In this document: in pieces, positions 49,514 to 60,105 of the stretch
How the letters are laid out: every line of letters starts with the position of its first letter
Position numbering within the stretch: position 1 is the first letter of the stretch
The notes under the pieces: generated by a model
Databases searched by the model: none
Told to the model about the DNA's origin: nothing
Seen by the model: only the letters and a program-made list of their open reading frames with translations
Assembly (NCBI GenBank): GCA_035506875.1
Contig: DATJOR010000162.1
Location: 3,956-67,955, forward strand
Direction of reading: 5' to 3'
From: Mycobacterium sp.
GTDB lineage: Bacteria > Actinomycetota > Actinomycetes > Mycobacteriales > Mycobacteriaceae
Length of the DNA: 64,000 bases
Position numbers and translations under genes: made by a program

Positions 49514-50335
49514 TCAGTATTGCGTGGAGCCCTGGTCGACGGGGATCGCCGCGGCGGTGATGTTTCGCGACTCATCGCTGGCCAGCCAGCAGACCGCGTC
49601 GGCGATATCCTCAGGCTCGGCAACCCAATTCGGCAGAAACGGCGTGAGCGTGTTCGCCAGGTGCGGACTGGTCTGGGTGAAGTGTGCTAAGGCGCCGACC
49701 ATGTCGCCGCCGCCCATTGCAGTGTTGACTGGCCCGGGGTGCACACTGTTGACCCGGATCGAATGCATACCCAACTCGGCGGCGAACGCGCGCGCCATGC
49801 CGGTGACGGCGTGCTTGCTGGCGGTGTAGTGCACCATGAACGGCTGTAGTTTGATGCCGGCTGCCGAGCTGATCAAGATGATCGACCCGCCGCGGCCACC
49901 GTCGATGATTTTTTGCGCTCCGGCCATTACCGTGTTCCACGTTCCCGTGACGTTGACGTCCATCACGTCCCGGAACGATTCGGGTGTGATCTCGTTCCAG
50001 GCCTGCGGGGCGGTGATACCGGCGTTGGCGACGATGATGTCCAGTCGTCCGAGCGCGGCCACGCCGTCCTCCACGACCTCACAAAGGCCGTCGAAGTCGC
50101 GAATATCGATGGCCGACGCAATGATTCGACGGTCAAGAGCTTCGACGAGCCGGGTAGTTTCGGCGAGGTCCTCCGGGGTTGCCGAGTCGTAGCGGACACA
50201 GGACGGGAGCTTGCCGGCGATGTCTACGGCGATGACATCGGCGCCTTCGCGGGCCATCCGGACGGCGTGCGCACGGCCCTGGCCGCGTGCCGCTCCGGTG
50301 ATGAATGCCACCTTGCCCGTCAACCGACCGCTCAT
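49514..50335 (-). CDS. Mycofactocin-coupled SDR
   Basis: TGAARGQGRAHA, insertion after VDI (..YDSATPEDL), YTASK, VHPGPV. Confidence 0.9.
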   Translation of the reverse strand: MSGRLTGKVAFITGAARGQGRAHAVRMAREGADVIAVDIAGKLPSCVRYDSATPEDLAETTRLVEALDRRIIASAIDIRDFDGLCEVVEDGVAALGRLDIIVANAGITAPQAWNEITPESFRDVMDVNVTGTWNTVMAGAQKIIDGGRGGSIILISSAAGIKLQPFMVHYTASKHAVTGMARAFAAELGMHSIRVNSVHPGPVNTAMGGGDMVGALAHFTQTSPHLANTLTPFLPNWVAEPEDIADAVCWLASDESRNITAAAIPVDQGSTQY

Positions 50336-50381
50336 CTGCGCTCCATATCGTAAACGTCACTGTAACGCAGACGATAATACG

Positions 50382-51551
50382 TCACTGCATGCGCTGCGCC
50401 GCCTTGACGAGGTTGGAACCGATGATCAGCCGCTGAATCTCACTGGTGCCCTCGTAGAGCCGCAACAGCCGGACGTCGCGATAGATGCGTTCCACAGGCA
50501 CCTCGCGCATGTAGCCGCTGCCGCCGTGAATCTGAACGGCGAGATCGGCGACCTTACCGGCCATTTCGGTGCAGAACACTTTCGCCGCTGATGGCGCGAT
50601 TCGCCGGTCCTGGTCGGTCAGCCACAGCCGGGCCGCGTCACGGACGAGGGCGCGGCCGGCCATCACTCCGGTCTGCTGGTCGGCCAGCATCGCCTGCACG
50701 AGCTGGAAGTTCCCGATCGGCGTACCGCCCTGCGTGGCGGTGGCCGCGTAAGTCACGGATTCGTCGAGTGCCCGCTGCGCGGCACCCACCGCCAACGCGG
50801 CGATGTGGATCCGGCCCCGTGCCAGGGAGGTCATCGCTGCCCGATAGCCGATGTCCTCACTGCCGCCGACCAGCGCGGCGGCCGGGACACGCACATCGGT
50901 GAACCGTACGTCGGCGGTCCAGGCGCCTTCTTGCCCCATCTTGGCGTCCTTGGTCCCGACCTCAACGCCGGACGCGTCCGCGGGGACAAGGAAAACCGCA
51001 ATGCCCGGTCCGGCGTCGTCGGCGGGACGGGTCCGAGCGAAGACCACGAACAGGTCCGCGACCGGGGCGTTGGTGATGAACCGCTTTTCGCCGGAAATCA
51101 CCCAATCCCCGTCCGCACCGTCACGAATGGCCTTGGTGCGCAACCCTGCCGGGTTCGATCCTGCCCCGGGCTCGGTCAGCGCGAACGAGGCGACTTTCCC
51201 GGATGCCAGCGCTTCCAGCCAGGCGCCCTTCTGCTCGTCGGTACCGAATCCGACCAGGACCTGACCGGCGATCCCGTTGTTGGTGCCGAACATCGAGCGA
51301 AGCGCAAGCGAGGTGTAGCCCAACTCCATCGCCAGCTCGACGTCTTGGGTGATGTCGAGCCCGAGTCCGCCCCATTCCTGGGGGATGGCGTACCCGAACA
51401 AGCCCATGTCCTTGGCCTGGTTCCGCAGGTCGTCCGGCACCCGATCGGTGGCCAGGATTTCCTGCTCGCGCGGAACGACGACGGTCCGGACGAACTGCCG
51501 GGTCTGGGCAAGAATCTGCTGAAAGTCTTCGTCATCGACGACGGCGGTCAT
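50382..51551 (-). CDS. Acyl-CoA dehydrogenase
   Basis: FALTEPGAGS, QIHGGSGY, YEGTSEIQR; start at 51551 or 51563. Confidence 0.93.
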   Translation of the reverse strand: MTAVVDDEDFQQILAQTRQFVRTVVVPREQEILATDRVPDDLRNQAKDMGLFGYAIPQEWGGLGLDITQDVELAMELGYTSLALRSMFGTNNGIAGQVLVGFGTDEQKGAWLEALASGKVASFALTEPGAGSNPAGLRTKAIRDGADGDWVISGEKRFITNAPVADLFVVFARTRPADDAGPGIAVFLVPADASGVEVGTKDAKMGQEGAWTADVRFTDVRVPAAALVGGSEDIGYRAAMTSLARGRIHIAALAVGAAQRALDESVTYAATATQGGTPIGNFQLVQAMLADQQTGVMAGRALVRDAARLWLTDQDRRIAPSAAKVFCTEMAGKVADLAVQIHGGSGYMREVPVERIYRDVRLLRLYEGTSEIQRLIIGSNLVKAAQRMQ

Positions 51552-51558
51552 GGGCGTG

Positions 51559-51577
51559 ATCATATATGAAATATGAT
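51559..51577. promoter_or_regulatory. Palindromic operator in divergent promoter (likely GntR site)
   Basis: ATCATAT-ATGAA-ATATGAT. Confidence 0.6.
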
Positions 51578-51625
51578 GTGCGATGATGGGCCGGGTTCGG
51601 GACGCAGACAGAGGACGGTGATCAG

Positions 51626-52366
51626 GTGTCGTTGTTGACCGATCAGACCGCGGTTATTACCGGCGGTGCTCAGGGACTGGGTTTCGCCATAGCGCAGCTG
51701 TTCGTGGCCGAGGGGGCGCGGGTCGTGCTCGGTGACGTGAATCTCGAGGCAACGGAGTCGGCGGCGAAACAGCTCGGCGGCGCGGACATCGCCGCGGCGG
51801 TGCGCTGCGACGTGACTTCCGGGGAGGATGTCGACGCGCTGGTCGCGGCCGCGGTCGACCGGTTCGGCGGGCTGGACATCATGGTCAACAACGCCGGGAT
51901 CACCCGGGACGCGACGATGCGCAAGATGACCGAGGAGCAGTTCGATCAGGTGATCGCCGTACACCTGAAAGGAACCTGGAACGGGTTGCGGAAAGCCGCA
52001 GCGATCATGCGGGAGAACAAACGCGGCACGATCGTGAACATGTCGTCGATCTCCGGGAAGGTCGGCATGGTCGGCCAGACCAACTATTCGGCGGCAAAGG
52101 CCGGCATCGTGGGAATGACCAAGGCGGCTTCCAAGGAACTCGCGCATCTCGGTGTGCGAGTCAACGCGATCCAGCCTGGGCTGATCAGGTCGGCGATGAC
52201 GGAGGCCATGCCGCAACGGATCTGGGACGAGAAGCTGGCTGAGATACCGATGGGACGGGCCGGCGAGCCAGAAGAGGTCGCCAAGGTTGCGCTGTTCCTC
52301 GCGAGCGATCTGTCGTCATACATGACGGGAACCGTTCTCGAGGTGACCGGCGGGAGACACCTGTGA
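51626..52366 (+). CDS. fabG: 3-oxoacyl reductase (FabG2-like SDR)
   Basis: [22 protein letters not shown]. Confidence 0.88.
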   Translation: MSLLTDQTAVITGGAQGLGFAIAQLFVAEGARVVLGDVNLEATESAAKQLGGADIAAAVRCDVTSGEDVDALVAAAVDRFGGLDIMVNNAGITRDATMRKMTEEQFDQVIAVHLKGTWNGLRKAAAIMRENKRGTIVNMSSISGKVGMVGQTNYSAAKAGIVGMTKAASKELAHLGVRVNAIQPGLIRSAMTEAMPQRIWDEKLAEIPMGRAGEPEEVAKVALFLASDLSSYMTGTVLEVTGGRHL

Positions 52367-53586
52367 GCATTCGCGAAGCAGTGATCTGCGAACCAGTCCG
52401 CACACCCATCGGTCGCTACGGGGGAATGTTCAAATCGCAGACCGCTGTCGACCTCGGCGTTGCCGCCCTGCGTGGGCTGCTCGAAAGGACCGGCATCCCA
52501 ACCGAATTGGTGCAGGACGTTATCCTCGGGCACTGCTACCCCAGCAGCGAGGCGCCGGCCATCGGGCGCGTCGTCGCACTCGATGCAGGACTGCCCGTGA
52601 CGGTGCCCGGCATGCAGGTCGATCGCCGCTGCGGATCGGGTTTGCAGGCGGTCATCCAGGCCTGTTTGCAAGTCAGCGCCGGTGACAACGATCTGGTCGT
52701 CGCCGGTGGCGCGGAAAGCATGAGCAACGTCGCCTTCTACTCCACCGATATGCGCTGGGGCGGTGCCCGTGGGGGTGTTCGGGTGCACGACGGGCTGGCC
52801 CGCGGACGTAGCACCGCCGGTGGCCGGCACTATCCGGTGCCCGGCGGGATGCTGGAAACCGCGGAGAATCTGCGGCGGGAGTACCACATCTCGCGGCAAG
52901 AACAGGACGAGCTCGCGGTGACGTCGCACCAGCGGGCGGTTGCCGCGCAGAAGGACGGCATTCTCGCCGAGGAAATCATTCCGGTTGAGGTGCGCAGTCG
53001 CAAGGGCGAGGAGCTGATCGACACCGACGAGCACCCGCGCGCCGACACCACCGTCGAATCGCTGAGCAAACTCAAACCCGTTCTACTGAAGGATGATCCA
53101 GAGGCGACGGTGACCGCGGGAAACGCGAGCGGTCAAAACGATGCCGCGTCGATGTGTCTGGTGACGACACCGGAGAAGGCCGACGAACTCGGTCTGAGGC
53201 CGTTGGTCCGGTTGGTGTCGTGGGGTGTTGCTGCGGTGGCGCCCAACGTGATGGGCATCGGCCCGGTGCCGGCCACCGAGGTTGCACTGGCCAAGGCGGG
53301 TTTGCAGTTGAGCGACATCGACCTCATCGAACTTAACGAGGCGTTTGCCGCGCAGGCTCTTGCGGTCATGCGAGAGTGGGGTTTTGGCAGCGCCGACCGC
53401 GAGCGGACGAACGTATACGGCTCGGGCATATCGCTGGGGCATCCGGTCGGCGCGACCGGCGGCCGGATGCTGGCCACGCTGGCTCGCGCGCTGCAGCGGC
53501 GAGACGCACGCTACGGGCTGGAAACCATGTGCATCGGCGGGGGGCAAGGTCTGGCAGCGGTTTTCGAACGAGTCGGGTCGCAGTGA
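52363..53586 (+). CDS. Acetyl-CoA acyltransferase (thiolase)
   Basis: [29 protein letters not shown]. Confidence 0.95.
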   Translation: MSIREAVICEPVRTPIGRYGGMFKSQTAVDLGVAALRGLLERTGIPTELVQDVILGHCYPSSEAPAIGRVVALDAGLPVTVPGMQVDRRCGSGLQAVIQACLQVSAGDNDLVVAGGAESMSNVAFYSTDMRWGGARGGVRVHDGLARGRSTAGGRHYPVPGGMLETAENLRREYHISRQEQDELAVTSHQRAVAAQKDGILAEEIIPVEVRSRKGEELIDTDEHPRADTTVESLSKLKPVLLKDDPEATVTAGNASGQNDAASMCLVTTPEKADELGLRPLVRLVSWGVAAVAPNVMGIGPVPATEVALAKAGLQLSDIDLIELNEAFAAQALAVMREWGFGSADRERTNVYGSGISLGHPVGATGGRMLATLARALQRRDARYGLETMCIGGGQGLAAVFERVGSQ

Positions 53587-54776
53587 CCTTGCCGTTGGCG
53601 GGACTGACCGTCGTCGAAGTGTCCAGCTTCGTGGCGGCGCCGCTGTGCGGCTTGACGTTGAGTCAACTGGGCGCGGAGGTGATACGCATCGACCCGGTTG
53701 GCGGCGCATCCGACGTTCGGCGCTGGCCACTGGCCGCAAACGGGACTTCGATTTACTGGACCGGCCTGAACAAGGGAAAGCGTTCGGCCACTATCGATTT
53801 GCGGTCACCAGAAGGCCAGGAGCTGATCCAGCGGCTGGTGGTCGAGGGTGACGGCGTCGTGGTGACCAACGCAGCGGGCATGTCCTGGTTGTCGTTTGAA
53901 CAGCTCGCCGCGATGCGCGCCGACGTGATCCACGTCCAACTGCTCGGCCGCCACGACGGTTCCACCGGCGTCGACTACACGGTGAACGCGGCGACCGGGT
54001 TTCCGTTGGTCACCGGCCCGGCGAACCAGGCCGGTCCGATCAACCATGTGCTGCCGGCCTGGGATGTGTGCTGTGGCCTGTATGCCGCGCTCAGTGTTGT
54101 CGCCGCGGTGCGTCGCCGTGATCAATCCGGAGTCGGCGCGAAAGTCAGCATCGCGCTGGAAGATGTCGCGCTGGCCACCGCAGGCAACTTGGGATGGCTG
54201 ACCGAGCCTCAGGTCAACGGCACCGAACGCCAACGTCTGGGCAACGCGATCTACGGTCAGTACGGTCAGGATTTTACCAGCAGCGACGGTGTCGCGTTCA
54301 TGGTTGTCACGTTGACACGACGTCACTTTCAGGATCTCGTCGAGGTATCGGGGACCGGTGCAGCCGTCTCAGCGCTGGCCGAGTCGCTCGGCGCCGACTT
54401 CAGCGACGAGGGCGAGCGCTACCGATACCGCGACGTGCTCAGCGGTTTGTTCGCGACCTGGTTCGCCGCCCACACCGCCGAGGAGATCAACGAGGCGCTG
54501 TCGGCCACCAGCGTATTGTTCGAGCGCTACCGGACGTTCGCGCAAGTCGCCGAAGACGAACGGGTTACCGCGAATCCGCTGTTCTCCCCGCTGCACCAAG
54601 ACGGCCTCGGCGACTATCTCGCGCCGGCGATGCCGGCTGTCCTCGACGGCGGCTATCTCGCGAGCCAACCGGCGCCCAGACTCGGCGGCGACACAGCCGA
54701 CCTGCTTACCGCGCGACTGGGCTTGAGCGCAGCCGACCTCGCGCGACTGACCGATGCCAAAACGATCGCCTGCTGA
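53583..54776 (+). CDS. Family III CoA-transferase, mesaconyl-CoA isomerase (Mct)-like
   Basis: SSFVAAP, WTGLNKGKRS, VDYTVN, INHVLPAWD, ALEDV. Confidence 0.82.
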   Translation: MTLPLAGLTVVEVSSFVAAPLCGLTLSQLGAEVIRIDPVGGASDVRRWPLAANGTSIYWTGLNKGKRSATIDLRSPEGQELIQRLVVEGDGVVVTNAAGMSWLSFEQLAAMRADVIHVQLLGRHDGSTGVDYTVNAATGFPLVTGPANQAGPINHVLPAWDVCCGLYAALSVVAAVRRRDQSGVGAKVSIALEDVALATAGNLGWLTEPQVNGTERQRLGNAIYGQYGQDFTSSDGVAFMVVTLTRRHFQDLVEVSGTGAAVSALAESLGADFSDEGERYRYRDVLSGLFATWFAAHTAEEINEALSATSVLFERYRTFAQVAEDERVTANPLFSPLHQDGLGDYLAPAMPAVLDGGYLASQPAPRLGGDTADLLTARLGLSAADLARLTDAKTIAC

Positions 54777-54795
54777 GTAAGGAGATAGGCGCCGT

Positions 54796-55989
54796 ATGAC
54801 CAAACTCGCCGAGACTTTCGGCCTCACTGACTTCCAAACCGAGATCATCGCCACGGTACGGCAATTCGTCGAGAAGGAAGTCATTCCCAACGCGCCGGAG
54901 CTCGAACACACCGACACGTACCCGCAAGCCATCGTCGACAAAATGAAGGAGATGGGGCTATTCGGCCTGATGATTCCGGAGGAGTACGGCGGCGTTGGTG
55001 AGTCGCTGTTGACCTACGCCTTGTGCGTCGAAGAATTGGCCCGCGGCTGGATGAGTATCTCGGGAGTGCTGAATACTCACTTCATCGTCGCCTACATGCT
55101 GCGTCAGCACGGCACCGATGCGCAGAAGCAGCGCCTGTTGCCGCGGATGGCAACCGGGGAGGTTCGCGGCGCCTTCTCGATGTCCGAGCCGGAGTTGGGC
55201 TCCGACGTCGCCGCGATCCGCACCCGTGCCGTGCGCGGCGGTGACGGCAACTACACCATCGACGGCCAGAAGATGTGGCTGACCAACGGCGGCAGCTCCA
55301 CATTGGTGGCGGCGTTGGTTCGCACCGACGAGGGCGCGGAATCGCCGCACCGCAACCTGACCGCCTTCCTCATCGAGAAGCCGACCGGATTCGGCGAGGT
55401 GGCCCCCGGTCTGCTCATCCCGGGCAAGATCGACAAGCTGGGCTACAAGGGCATAGACACCACGGAGCTGATCTTTGACGGATACCAGGCCAGCGCCGAC
55501 GACGTCCTGGGTGGTACCCCGGGTCAGGGTTTCTACCAGATGATGGACGGTATCGAGGTTGGCCGGGTCAACGTGTCGGCCAGAGCTTGCGGAGTGGCTG
55601 TCCGCGCGTTCGAGCTCGCCGTGCGCTACGCCCAGCAGCGCCACACCTTCGGCAAACCGATCGCCGAACACCAGGCCATCGCCTTCCAAATCGCGGAAAT
55701 GGCAACCAAAGTCGAAGCCGCGCACCTGATGATGGTCAACGCCGCCCGGCTGAAGGATTCCGGCGAGCGCAACGACGTCGCCGCAGGCATGGCCAAGTAT
55801 CTCGCCAGCGAATTCTGCTCAGAGGTCACCCAACAGAGCTTCCGCATCCACGGCGGCTACGGGTATTCCAAGGAGTATGAAATCGAGCGGCTGATGCGCG
55901 ACGCCCCGTTTCTGCTCATCGGCGAGGGGACCAGCGAGATACAGAAGAACATCATCAGCAAGCGGTTGCTCGCCGAGTATCGGATTTGA
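54796..55989 (+). CDS. Acyl-CoA dehydrogenase
   Basis: FSMSEPELGSD, RIHGGYGY, GEGTSEIQ. Confidence 0.93.
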   Translation: MTKLAETFGLTDFQTEIIATVRQFVEKEVIPNAPELEHTDTYPQAIVDKMKEMGLFGLMIPEEYGGVGESLLTYALCVEELARGWMSISGVLNTHFIVAYMLRQHGTDAQKQRLLPRMATGEVRGAFSMSEPELGSDVAAIRTRAVRGGDGNYTIDGQKMWLTNGGSSTLVAALVRTDEGAESPHRNLTAFLIEKPTGFGEVAPGLLIPGKIDKLGYKGIDTTELIFDGYQASADDVLGGTPGQGFYQMMDGIEVGRVNVSARACGVAVRAFELAVRYAQQRHTFGKPIAEHQAIAFQIAEMATKVEAAHLMMVNAARLKDSGERNDVAAGMAKYLASEFCSEVTQQSFRIHGGYGYSKEYEIERLMRDAPFLLIGEGTSEIQKNIISKRLLAEYRI

Positions 55990-56672
55990 TCGTGAGCGTC
56001 CCGGATTTCGTCACGAGACCGCAGCTGTCGGAAGACGTTGCGCGCTATGTCCGTAAGCGGATCTTCGATGGCACTTACTCGGCGGGTGAATACGTCCGCC
56101 TTGATCAGTTGGCCGCCGAGTTAGGGATCAGCGTGACGCCGGTGCGGGAGGCGTTGTTCGAACTCCGGGCCGAAGGGCTGCTGGCTCAGCAGCCGCGCCG
56201 CGGGTTCGTGGTGCTGCCGGTGACCGGACGTGACCTGACTGACGTGGCCAATGTGCAGGCGCACGTCGGCGGCGAGCTCGCCGCGCGGGCCGCCGTCAAC
56301 ATCAACGACGACCAACTGCGCCAGCTCAAGCAGATCCAGGCCGAGTTGGAAGAAGCGTATGCCGGCGGCGACGACGAGCGAACAGTCCGGCTGAATCACG
56401 AGTTTCACCGGGCTATCAACGTCGCGGCCGAGTCGCCGAAGCTCGCTCAGTTGATGTCGCAAATCACCCGTTACGCACCGGAATCAGTGTTTCCCACCAT
56501 CGCCGGCTGGCCACACCAGTCGATCAAAGACCATCGCCGGGTGTTGACGGCGCTGGCCAAACACGACAGCGAGCTGGCCCGCAAAGCGATGTCGGAGCAC
56601 CTGGCCGCCGGCGCGGCGCCGCTGATCGACCACCTTGTCGAGCACGGCGTTGTCGAGGCGGGCGACGGTTAG
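55986..56672 (+). CDS. GntR (FCD) transcriptional regulator
   Basis: LAAELGISVTPVREAL, NHEFH, DH..MSEH. Confidence 0.93.
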   Translation: MIVSVPDFVTRPQLSEDVARYVRKRIFDGTYSAGEYVRLDQLAAELGISVTPVREALFELRAEGLLAQQPRRGFVVLPVTGRDLTDVANVQAHVGGELAARAAVNINDDQLRQLKQIQAELEEAYAGGDDERTVRLNHEFHRAINVAAESPKLAQLMSQITRYAPESVFPTIAGWPHQSIKDHRRVLTALAKHDSELARKAMSEHLAAGAAPLIDHLVEHGVVEAGDG

Positions 56673-57605
56673 TCACGGCAGAAAGACGATGCGCTTGTCG
56701 CCGTCGAGCGGTCGTGTCCACGCGGTGGCGACGTCGGTCAGCGGGACCGTTTGAGTGCGGACGTCGAACGCGCCCTTGGTGACCGCCTTGGCAATGTCAC
56801 CGATTTCTGCGCGAAAGTCCCGACCGTCCACCGAGCCGATGCCGCTGCCGACGATCTGTGTGCGGCTGGCTCGTAGTACGGCGGAAAGGATTTCGGCGCT
56901 CGGTCCGGCCATGGCACCGATCTGGATCCAGGTGAGCTCTTTGCCGCGGTCACGTCGGTGCGTGATCAGGTCGACCATGCCTTTGGCGGTGGGTTCGCCC
57001 CACACGTAGTCGATGACGACATCGACGTCGGCGGCCTGGTCGAGTTGGTCGAGGGTGAGCACCCGGTCGGCACCGAGCGCACTGAGTTCGATGAGTCGCT
57101 GTGGATTGCGACCGGCGCCGATGACTTCCTTGGCACCAAATTGTTTGGCGACCTGTACTGCCATGCGACCGGCGCTGCCGGTTGCGCCGAGGATCAGCAC
57201 ACTGGATCCGCGCTTGAAGGTAATGCGGTGCCGCAGCGCGACCCAGGACGACATCACGGGGTTGATTGCTGCTGCCAGCGTCACCGGGTCGGCGTCTTTG
57301 GGCAGCCTGACGCTGCGGTCCTGCTCGATGATCGTGCGCTGAGCCATGGTGCCCAACGTGGTGTCGTCTAGAAGCGCGTAGTAGAGCTTGCCTTTCGCGT
57401 CGCGGACGACCGCGTCGATGCCGGGCACCAGCGGGAGCTCACCGGTGCTGGTGTAGTGCGACCCATCGGCCTGGGAACGTACGCGCGGATGTAGTGCCGT
57501 GGCGACGACCTCGACGACGAGTTCATCGTCGTGTGCCGCGAGCGGGTCGGGGAAGTCGTCGTAGTGCGGCGGCTCATCGAACGTGGTTACAACAGCGGCT
57601 TTCAT
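56673..57605 (-). CDS. MDR-family (quinone oxidoreductase-like) dehydrogenase
   Basis: LPLVPGID, LILGATGSAG, VIDYVWG. Confidence 0.88.
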   Translation of the reverse strand: MKAAVVTTFDEPPHYDDFPDPLAAHDDELVVEVVATALHPRVRSQADGSHYTSTGELPLVPGIDAVVRDAKGKLYYALLDDTTLGTMAQRTIIEQDRSVRLPKDADPVTLAAAINPVMSSWVALRHRITFKRGSSVLILGATGSAGRMAVQVAKQFGAKEVIGAGRNPQRLIELSALGADRVLTLDQLDQAADVDVVIDYVWGEPTAKGMVDLITHRRDRGKELTWIQIGAMAGPSAEILSAVLRASRTQIVGSGIGSVDGRDFRAEIGDIAKAVTKGAFDVRTQTVPLTDVATAWTRPLDGDKRIVFLP

Positions 57606-57634
57606 CTAGGTTCTCCATCTCCGCGTCATCGAAT

Positions 57635-57655
57635 ATAGATCGTAGTACGAACTAT
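57635..57655. promoter_or_regulatory. Probable MarR operator
   Basis: Inverted repeat ATAGATCGTA-G-TACGAACTAT between the divergent genes. Confidence 0.6.
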
Positions 57656-57695
57656 TGTAGTTGGCAATACGAAACGTCTGCGGTATCGTTCTGCT

Positions 57696-58109
57696 ATGAC
57701 TTCAGACCTCGATGAGCTCCGAGATGCGTTGGTGCAGATTTCTTTTGCGTTGATGGCGGCGCTCACCGAAGTGGCGGCCGCGCATGATCTGTCGCTGACG
57801 CAACTACGGATGTTGGGCATCCTGCGCGATCGCGAGCCGACGATGGCCGACCTGGCGGCCTTTACCGGACTGGAGCGCTCCACCATCAGCGGACTCATCG
57901 ACCGAGCGGCCCAGCGTGGGTTGGTCGTCCGAACCGCCGACCCGCGCGACGGCCGCTCGGTGCGGGTGAGTCTCACCAAGCAGGCGCGTGGTCTGGTGCC
58001 CGAGGTGACAGCGGCGATCGGTGACCGGATCAAGCCGTTGACAACTCGGTTGAGTGGCAGCGAGCAGAAGCGCCTCACGGCGCTACTCACCAAAGCGTTG
58101 GGCATGTGA
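57696..58109 (+). CDS. MarR-family regulator
   Basis: LSLTQLRML, ERSTISGLIDR, DPRDGRS. Confidence 0.93.
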   Translation: MTSDLDELRDALVQISFALMAALTEVAAAHDLSLTQLRMLGILRDREPTMADLAAFTGLERSTISGLIDRAAQRGLVVRTADPRDGRSVRVSLTKQARGLVPEVTAAIGDRIKPLTTRLSGSEQKRLTALLTKALGM

Positions 58110-58234
58110 CGCAACGCTTCTCCCCACATGCCTCAGAAGCCTCATCAGACCCCCGCTGAGGCAACAGTGCTTTGTTCAGTTTGAGTGCCTATGCGATATC
58201 ACTGGGTAGGGGGCCAGGCTCGAGCCCCGGTTCG

Positions 58235-58563
58235 ATGAATCTTGCGGTCGGCGCGGGTCTACTTCCAGTGACGGCACCGTTGTGGCGGCACCGTGGTAGC
58301 AACCCCCGCCGCGATACTTGATCGGTTTCGCGCCGTCGTCAATCTTCGCGCGATGCGACCTCGCGGTTGCGAGTCATACCCACGTTGCAGAGCTCCATTT
58401 GCATGCAGACGACGGGCTGTTTGCGGCGGGTAGCGCTGCCCTGGTAACCGGATCAACCATGGCCATGGTCATGAGAATGGCTGGTCGCGTACCCTACGTC
58501 GACGAGCTCGATGGCCCAGGTGTGCAACTCTTTCGGTCACGATTACAAGCCACCACAACCTGA
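58235..58563 (+). pseudogene. Degenerate MDMPI-superfamily (mycothiol-dependent) gene remnant
   Basis: Fragments TPAAILDRFRAVV and ADDGLFAAG..VTGSTMAMVMRMAGRVPYVDELDGPG lie in different frames. Confidence 0.55.
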
Positions 58564-60105
58564 ACCGCCGCTTGGTGCGGTGCCGGTGCCGCTGTTGCCG
58601 CTGTTGCTTAGTAATTCCCGCAGTCGCCGGGCATCGACCTTGCCGGTCGCGCCGCGCGGAATGGCGTCATCGGAGTCGACCAGCAGCCATACCGTCGGCA
58701 CCTTGAACGAGCTGAGTAGCTTGCGAGCGGCCGTGCGCAGCTGCTCGGCGGTGTTCGCCGCGGTGTCGCACACCACCACCGCGCCCGCCTGATCGCCCCG
58801 CGCGCCGGTCACATTGGTGACGAAGGCGCTCTGCACACCGTCGATGTCCCGCAGCGCCTGCTCGACCTCGGTGGGATAGACGGTGGCGCCGCTGACTTTG
58901 AACATGTCGTCGGATCGGCCGTGGTAGAACAAAAAGCCGTCGTCGTCGAGTCGGCCAAGATCACCGGTGGGATAAAAGCCGTCGGTGGTGAACAGCTCCT
59001 CACGGCTGCGCCGGCAAATTCCGCGTAGGGTGTGCGGTCCCCGTAGCTCAATCATCCCGATGGTTTCCGCCGCGACCGGCTCTCCGGTGTCGGGGTCGGT
59101 GATCCGGACTTCCATCCCGGGGAAGGGCTTGCCGCAGCTTCCCCAGGCGGACTGCGGCATATCGGTATCCGCGGGATACCCGCAGTACGGGCCGAAAGCT
59201 TCGGTCATGCCGAACAGTGTTGCCCGGGCACCGGGTTTCGCGCGATGCTCGGGCGCAAGCAGCGCATCCAAACTGCCGGGACCCAGCGCCGACAAATCCA
59301 CTTCGGCGCGGTACGGATGACGCGCCAGGGCCTCGGCCTGGTCCGGCCAGCCGCGAAACAGCGTCACGCGCTCCCGCTCGAGCAGTCGCAGGGTTGCCTC
59401 GGGTTGGGGAATGTCTTCTGTCACCAGGGTGGCACCGGCCAGCAGCGCCGAGAGCACACCGCTGCCGAAGCCGCCCACCCAGAAAAACGGCATCGGCAGG
59501 TACAGGCGGGTGTCGGAATCGATGCAGCGGCTGGCCAATCCGGATGCGACGGCGCCCAGCGCATTGCCGTGCGAGTGTATGACGCCTTTGGGCGTGCCGC
59601 TGCTGCCCGACGTGAACATGACGACCATCGTGTCGCTCGGTGTGACCGTCGCCGCCAGCGCGTCGACGATACTGCCGGTCGTCTCGCTTGCCGTGACTAG
59701 GTGGTCGGCCACCCAGACCTGGCGTAGCGCAGGAAGCTGCTCGCGTTGCAAGTCATCGAGGTACCGGCGGCCACGGAATTCCTCCACGCTGATCAGGAAC
59801 TGCACTGCGGCGGTCTGTAGTTGCGCCGTCAGTTCCCGTGTCTGCAACAGCGTGCTCAATGGCACCAGCACCGCGCCGATCCGCGTGACGGCGATCGCGA
59901 TCTGCACCCAGCGAACACCATTGGGCATGATCAGCCCCACCCGGGTGCCCTTGACGATCCCGGCTTCGATGAGCGCCGCCGCCAATTCTTGTGTAGTTGC
60001 GTCAAGCTCGTCGTAGCTCAGCTGTGACGTCTGGTCGATGACCATCGGTTTGGCCCCATGCTCGGCGGCGCGGAGCCGCATCAGTCGGTCGATCGTGTCA
60101 GGCAT
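58543..60105 (-). CDS. Acyl-CoA synthetase (AMP-binding)
   Basis: FTSGSSGTPKG, FGMTE, PTGDLG, GRSDDMFK. Confidence 0.93.
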   Translation of the reverse strand: MPDTIDRLMRLRAAEHGAKPMVIDQTSQLSYDELDATTQELAAALIEAGIVKGTRVGLIMPNGVRWVQIAIAVTRIGAVLVPLSTLLQTRELTAQLQTAAVQFLISVEEFRGRRYLDDLQREQLPALRQVWVADHLVTASETTGSIVDALAATVTPSDTMVVMFTSGSSGTPKGVIHSHGNALGAVASGLASRCIDSDTRLYLPMPFFWVGGFGSGVLSALLAGATLVTEDIPQPEATLRLLERERVTLFRGWPDQAEALARHPYRAEVDLSALGPGSLDALLAPEHRAKPGARATLFGMTEAFGPYCGYPADTDMPQSAWGSCGKPFPGMEVRITDPDTGEPVAAETIGMIELRGPHTLRGICRRSREELFTTDGFYPTGDLGRLDDDGFLFYHGRSDDMFKVSGATVYPTEVEQALRDIDGVQSAFVTNVTGARGDQAGAVVVCDTAANTAEQLRTAARKLLSSFKVPTVWLLVDSDDAIPRGATGKVDARRLRELLSNSGNSGTGTAPSGGSGCGGL

